DNA of 45,552 nucleotides from Chloroflexota bacterium (GTDB lineage Bacteria; Chloroflexota; Anaerolineae; Promineifilales; Promineifilaceae): NCBI GenBank assembly GCA_022616275.1, contig JAKEFB010000305.1, positions 1 to 45,552 of the forward strand, read 5' to 3'. Shown piece by piece: positions 44,043 to 45,552 of this stretch (position 1 is its first letter; each line of letters starts with the position of its first letter). The notes under the pieces were generated by a model. It saw only the letters and a program-made list of their open reading frames with translations, ran no database searches and was not told where the DNA came from. The position numbers and the translations under genes were made by a program.

Positions 44043-45334
44043 GTCGCTTTGTGATTGAAGGGGGCCACATCCTGCGAGGGAGTATTATCGCCGGCGGCAA
44101 CAAGAACGCCGCTATCAAGCTCTTGCCGGCCTGCCTGCTGACCGACGAGCCGGTGGTGTTGCACAATATTCCCGACATTGCCGACGTGCGCACGACGGTC
44201 GCCATCCTGGAGGACCTGGGGGTAGGGGTCACATCGTTGGGGCCGGGAAGCTGGCGCATTCACGCCGCCGAGGTAGGTAAAACGGAAATTGACACCGAGT
44301 TGGGCAGCCGCATGCGGGCTTCCTTTGTCTTTTCCGGGCCGATGTTGGGGCGGATGGGCCAGATCAAGCTGCCGGGGCCGGGCGGCGACGTCATTGGCGG
44401 CCGGCCACTGGATACCCACATCCAGGGGCTGTGGGCCCTGGGGGCTAACGTGACTCTTGACAAGCAGGGCACATTTACCATCAACGCCGACAGACTGCAT
44501 GGGGCCGGCTACCTGCTTCAGGCCGAGGCCAGCGTTACGGCGACGGAAAATACGGTCATGGCGGCCGTGCTGGCCAGGGGCGAAACGATCATTGACAACG
44601 CCGCTCGCGAGCCCCACACCCAGGAGTTGTGCCGCTTTTTGAACCAATTGGGCGCCCACATTGCAGGGGTCGGCACCAGCCGCCTGGTTATCCAGGGGGT
44701 GGAGCGGCTCCACGGCGGCGAGTACACCATTGGCAGCGACTACATGGAGGTAGGCAGCTTTATCGGCGCGGCGGCCGTGACCGGCGGCGAGATTCGTATC
44801 CAGAAGGCAGACCCCCATAACCTGGGGATGATCGGCCTGGTCTACGAGCGGCTAGGGGTGCGCTGGGAGGTGGACGGCGAGGACATTGTCGTACCCGGCG
44901 GCCAGCGGTTGGAGATTACGCCGGCGTTGGGCGGCCGTATCCCCGAAATCAAGCCCGCACCCTGGCCCGGCTTTCCGCCGGACCTGATGAGCATTGCCGT
45001 GGTCATCGCTTCCCAGGCCGAAGGCTCGGCGCTGCTGCACGATTGGATGTACGAGAGCCGCTTCTTTTTCGTAGACAAGCTGATTTTCATGGGGGCGCGC
45101 ATCGTCCTGTGTGACCCGCACCGGGTGCTGGTGCAGGGAGCTTACCCGCTGTACGCCAATCCCCAGGGCGTGACCAGCCCGGACATTCGCGCCGGTATGG
45201 CCATGATCCTGGCCGCCCTCTGTGCCCGAGGCGCCAGCGTCATCCATAACATCCAACAAATTGACCGGGGCTACGAACGGATTGAAGAGAAATTGCGGGC
45301 GCTAGGCGCCAATATTAACCGTGTAGAAGGCTGA
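44039..45334 (+). CDS. murA: UDP-N-acetylglucosamine 1-carboxyvinyltransferase
   Basis: 431 aa; MSRFVIEGGHILRGSIIAGGNKNAAIKLLPA…; ATGA overlap with rdgB stop. Confidence 0.93.
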   Translation: MSRFVIEGGHILRGSIIAGGNKNAAIKLLPACLLTDEPVVLHNIPDIADVRTTVAILEDLGVGVTSLGPGSWRIHAAEVGKTEIDTELGSRMRASFVFSGPMLGRMGQIKLPGPGGDVIGGRPLDTHIQGLWALGANVTLDKQGTFTINADRLHGAGYLLQAEASVTATENTVMAAVLARGETIIDNAAREPHTQELCRFLNQLGAHIAGVGTSRLVIQGVERLHGGEYTIGSDYMEVGSFIGAAAVTGGEIRIQKADPHNLGMIGLVYERLGVRWEVDGEDIVVPGGQRLEITPALGGRIPEIKPAPWPGFPPDLMSIAVVIASQAEGSALLHDWMYESRFFFVDKLIFMGARIVLCDPHRVLVQGAYPLYANPQGVTSPDIRAGMAMILAALCARGASVIHNIQQIDRGYERIEEKLRALGANINRVEG

Positions 45335-45486
45335 CGTTGACGCTGCTTTCCCTCGCCAGGGAATTGAAGGCCACCAGATAACCCTTCCGCCACGCCAGAC
45401 GGATTGAGGGGCAGTAGTGGATGACCCTACAGTCCCAGGTGCCAGAGTAATTTTTCAGATTTATGGCAGATTGATAAACTGAAAGG

Positions 45487-45552
45487 ATGAGGCTGAGGGA
45501 AGAAGTCACAGCCCTGCGAAGAGCGATACGGCAGTTGGAAGGGGAAGTAGCC
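45487..45552 (+). CDS. Possible 5' end of a gene (MRLREEVTALRRAIRQLEGEVA…), runs off window
   Basis: ATG 45487 preceded by AAAGGA; only 22 codons visible. Confidence 0.25.
   Translation, partial: MRLREEVTALRRAIRQLEGEVA

Noticed and set aside
43910-44818. 302-aa minus-strand ORF
   Set aside because: Antisense to rdgB/murA.

Overview
This is a 45.5-kb high-GC chromosomal window, roughly 65% GC outside the inserted regions. I count about 45 protein-coding genes and see no rRNA, tRNA or CRISPR array. The gene content fits a Chloroflexota-like bacterium: mfd/pth, obg/nadD, murA, a Hanks-type Ser/Thr kinase, an ECF sigma factor with a PD40-repeat anti-sigma factor, and C25 peptidases. That taxonomic placement is an inference only. 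The housekeeping blocks are pth–mfd, the ECF sigma/anti-sigma pair, the yceD-like gene with obg and nadD, and rdgB–murA. Other blocks are a membrane-stress operon (NfeD-like, flotillin, a coiled-coil protein and a small K-channel-like protein), an envelope redox pair (a lipoprotein with three tandem DsbA/thioredoxin domains fused in an operon with a membrane-anchored molybdopterin oxidoreductase), and a minus-strand operon of two C25 (gingipain-family) peptidases, an S24/S26-fold peptidase and an FN3-like protein with a C-terminal transmembrane helix and basic tail. A low-GC island at about 19.06–24.2 kb carries three unknown genes, including an 849-aa protein, next to a degenerate ISAzo13-like IS with frameshifted transposase segments. 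The most striking feature is a RiPP-like cassette at 35.8–38.5 kb: an HprK-related kinase, a PqqD-like protein, a radical SAM/SPASM enzyme and two tandem paralogous precursor peptides that are absent from the ORF track. It has its own sigma70-like promoter and two palindromic operator-like sites. A dispersed short repeat family (GGAGATTGGAGATTAGAGATTGG / CTCCAATCTCTAATCTCC) occurs at least five times at gene 3' ends, usually with hairpins. Coordinates were derived by hand from the ORF track and may be off by 1–3 nt at starts.
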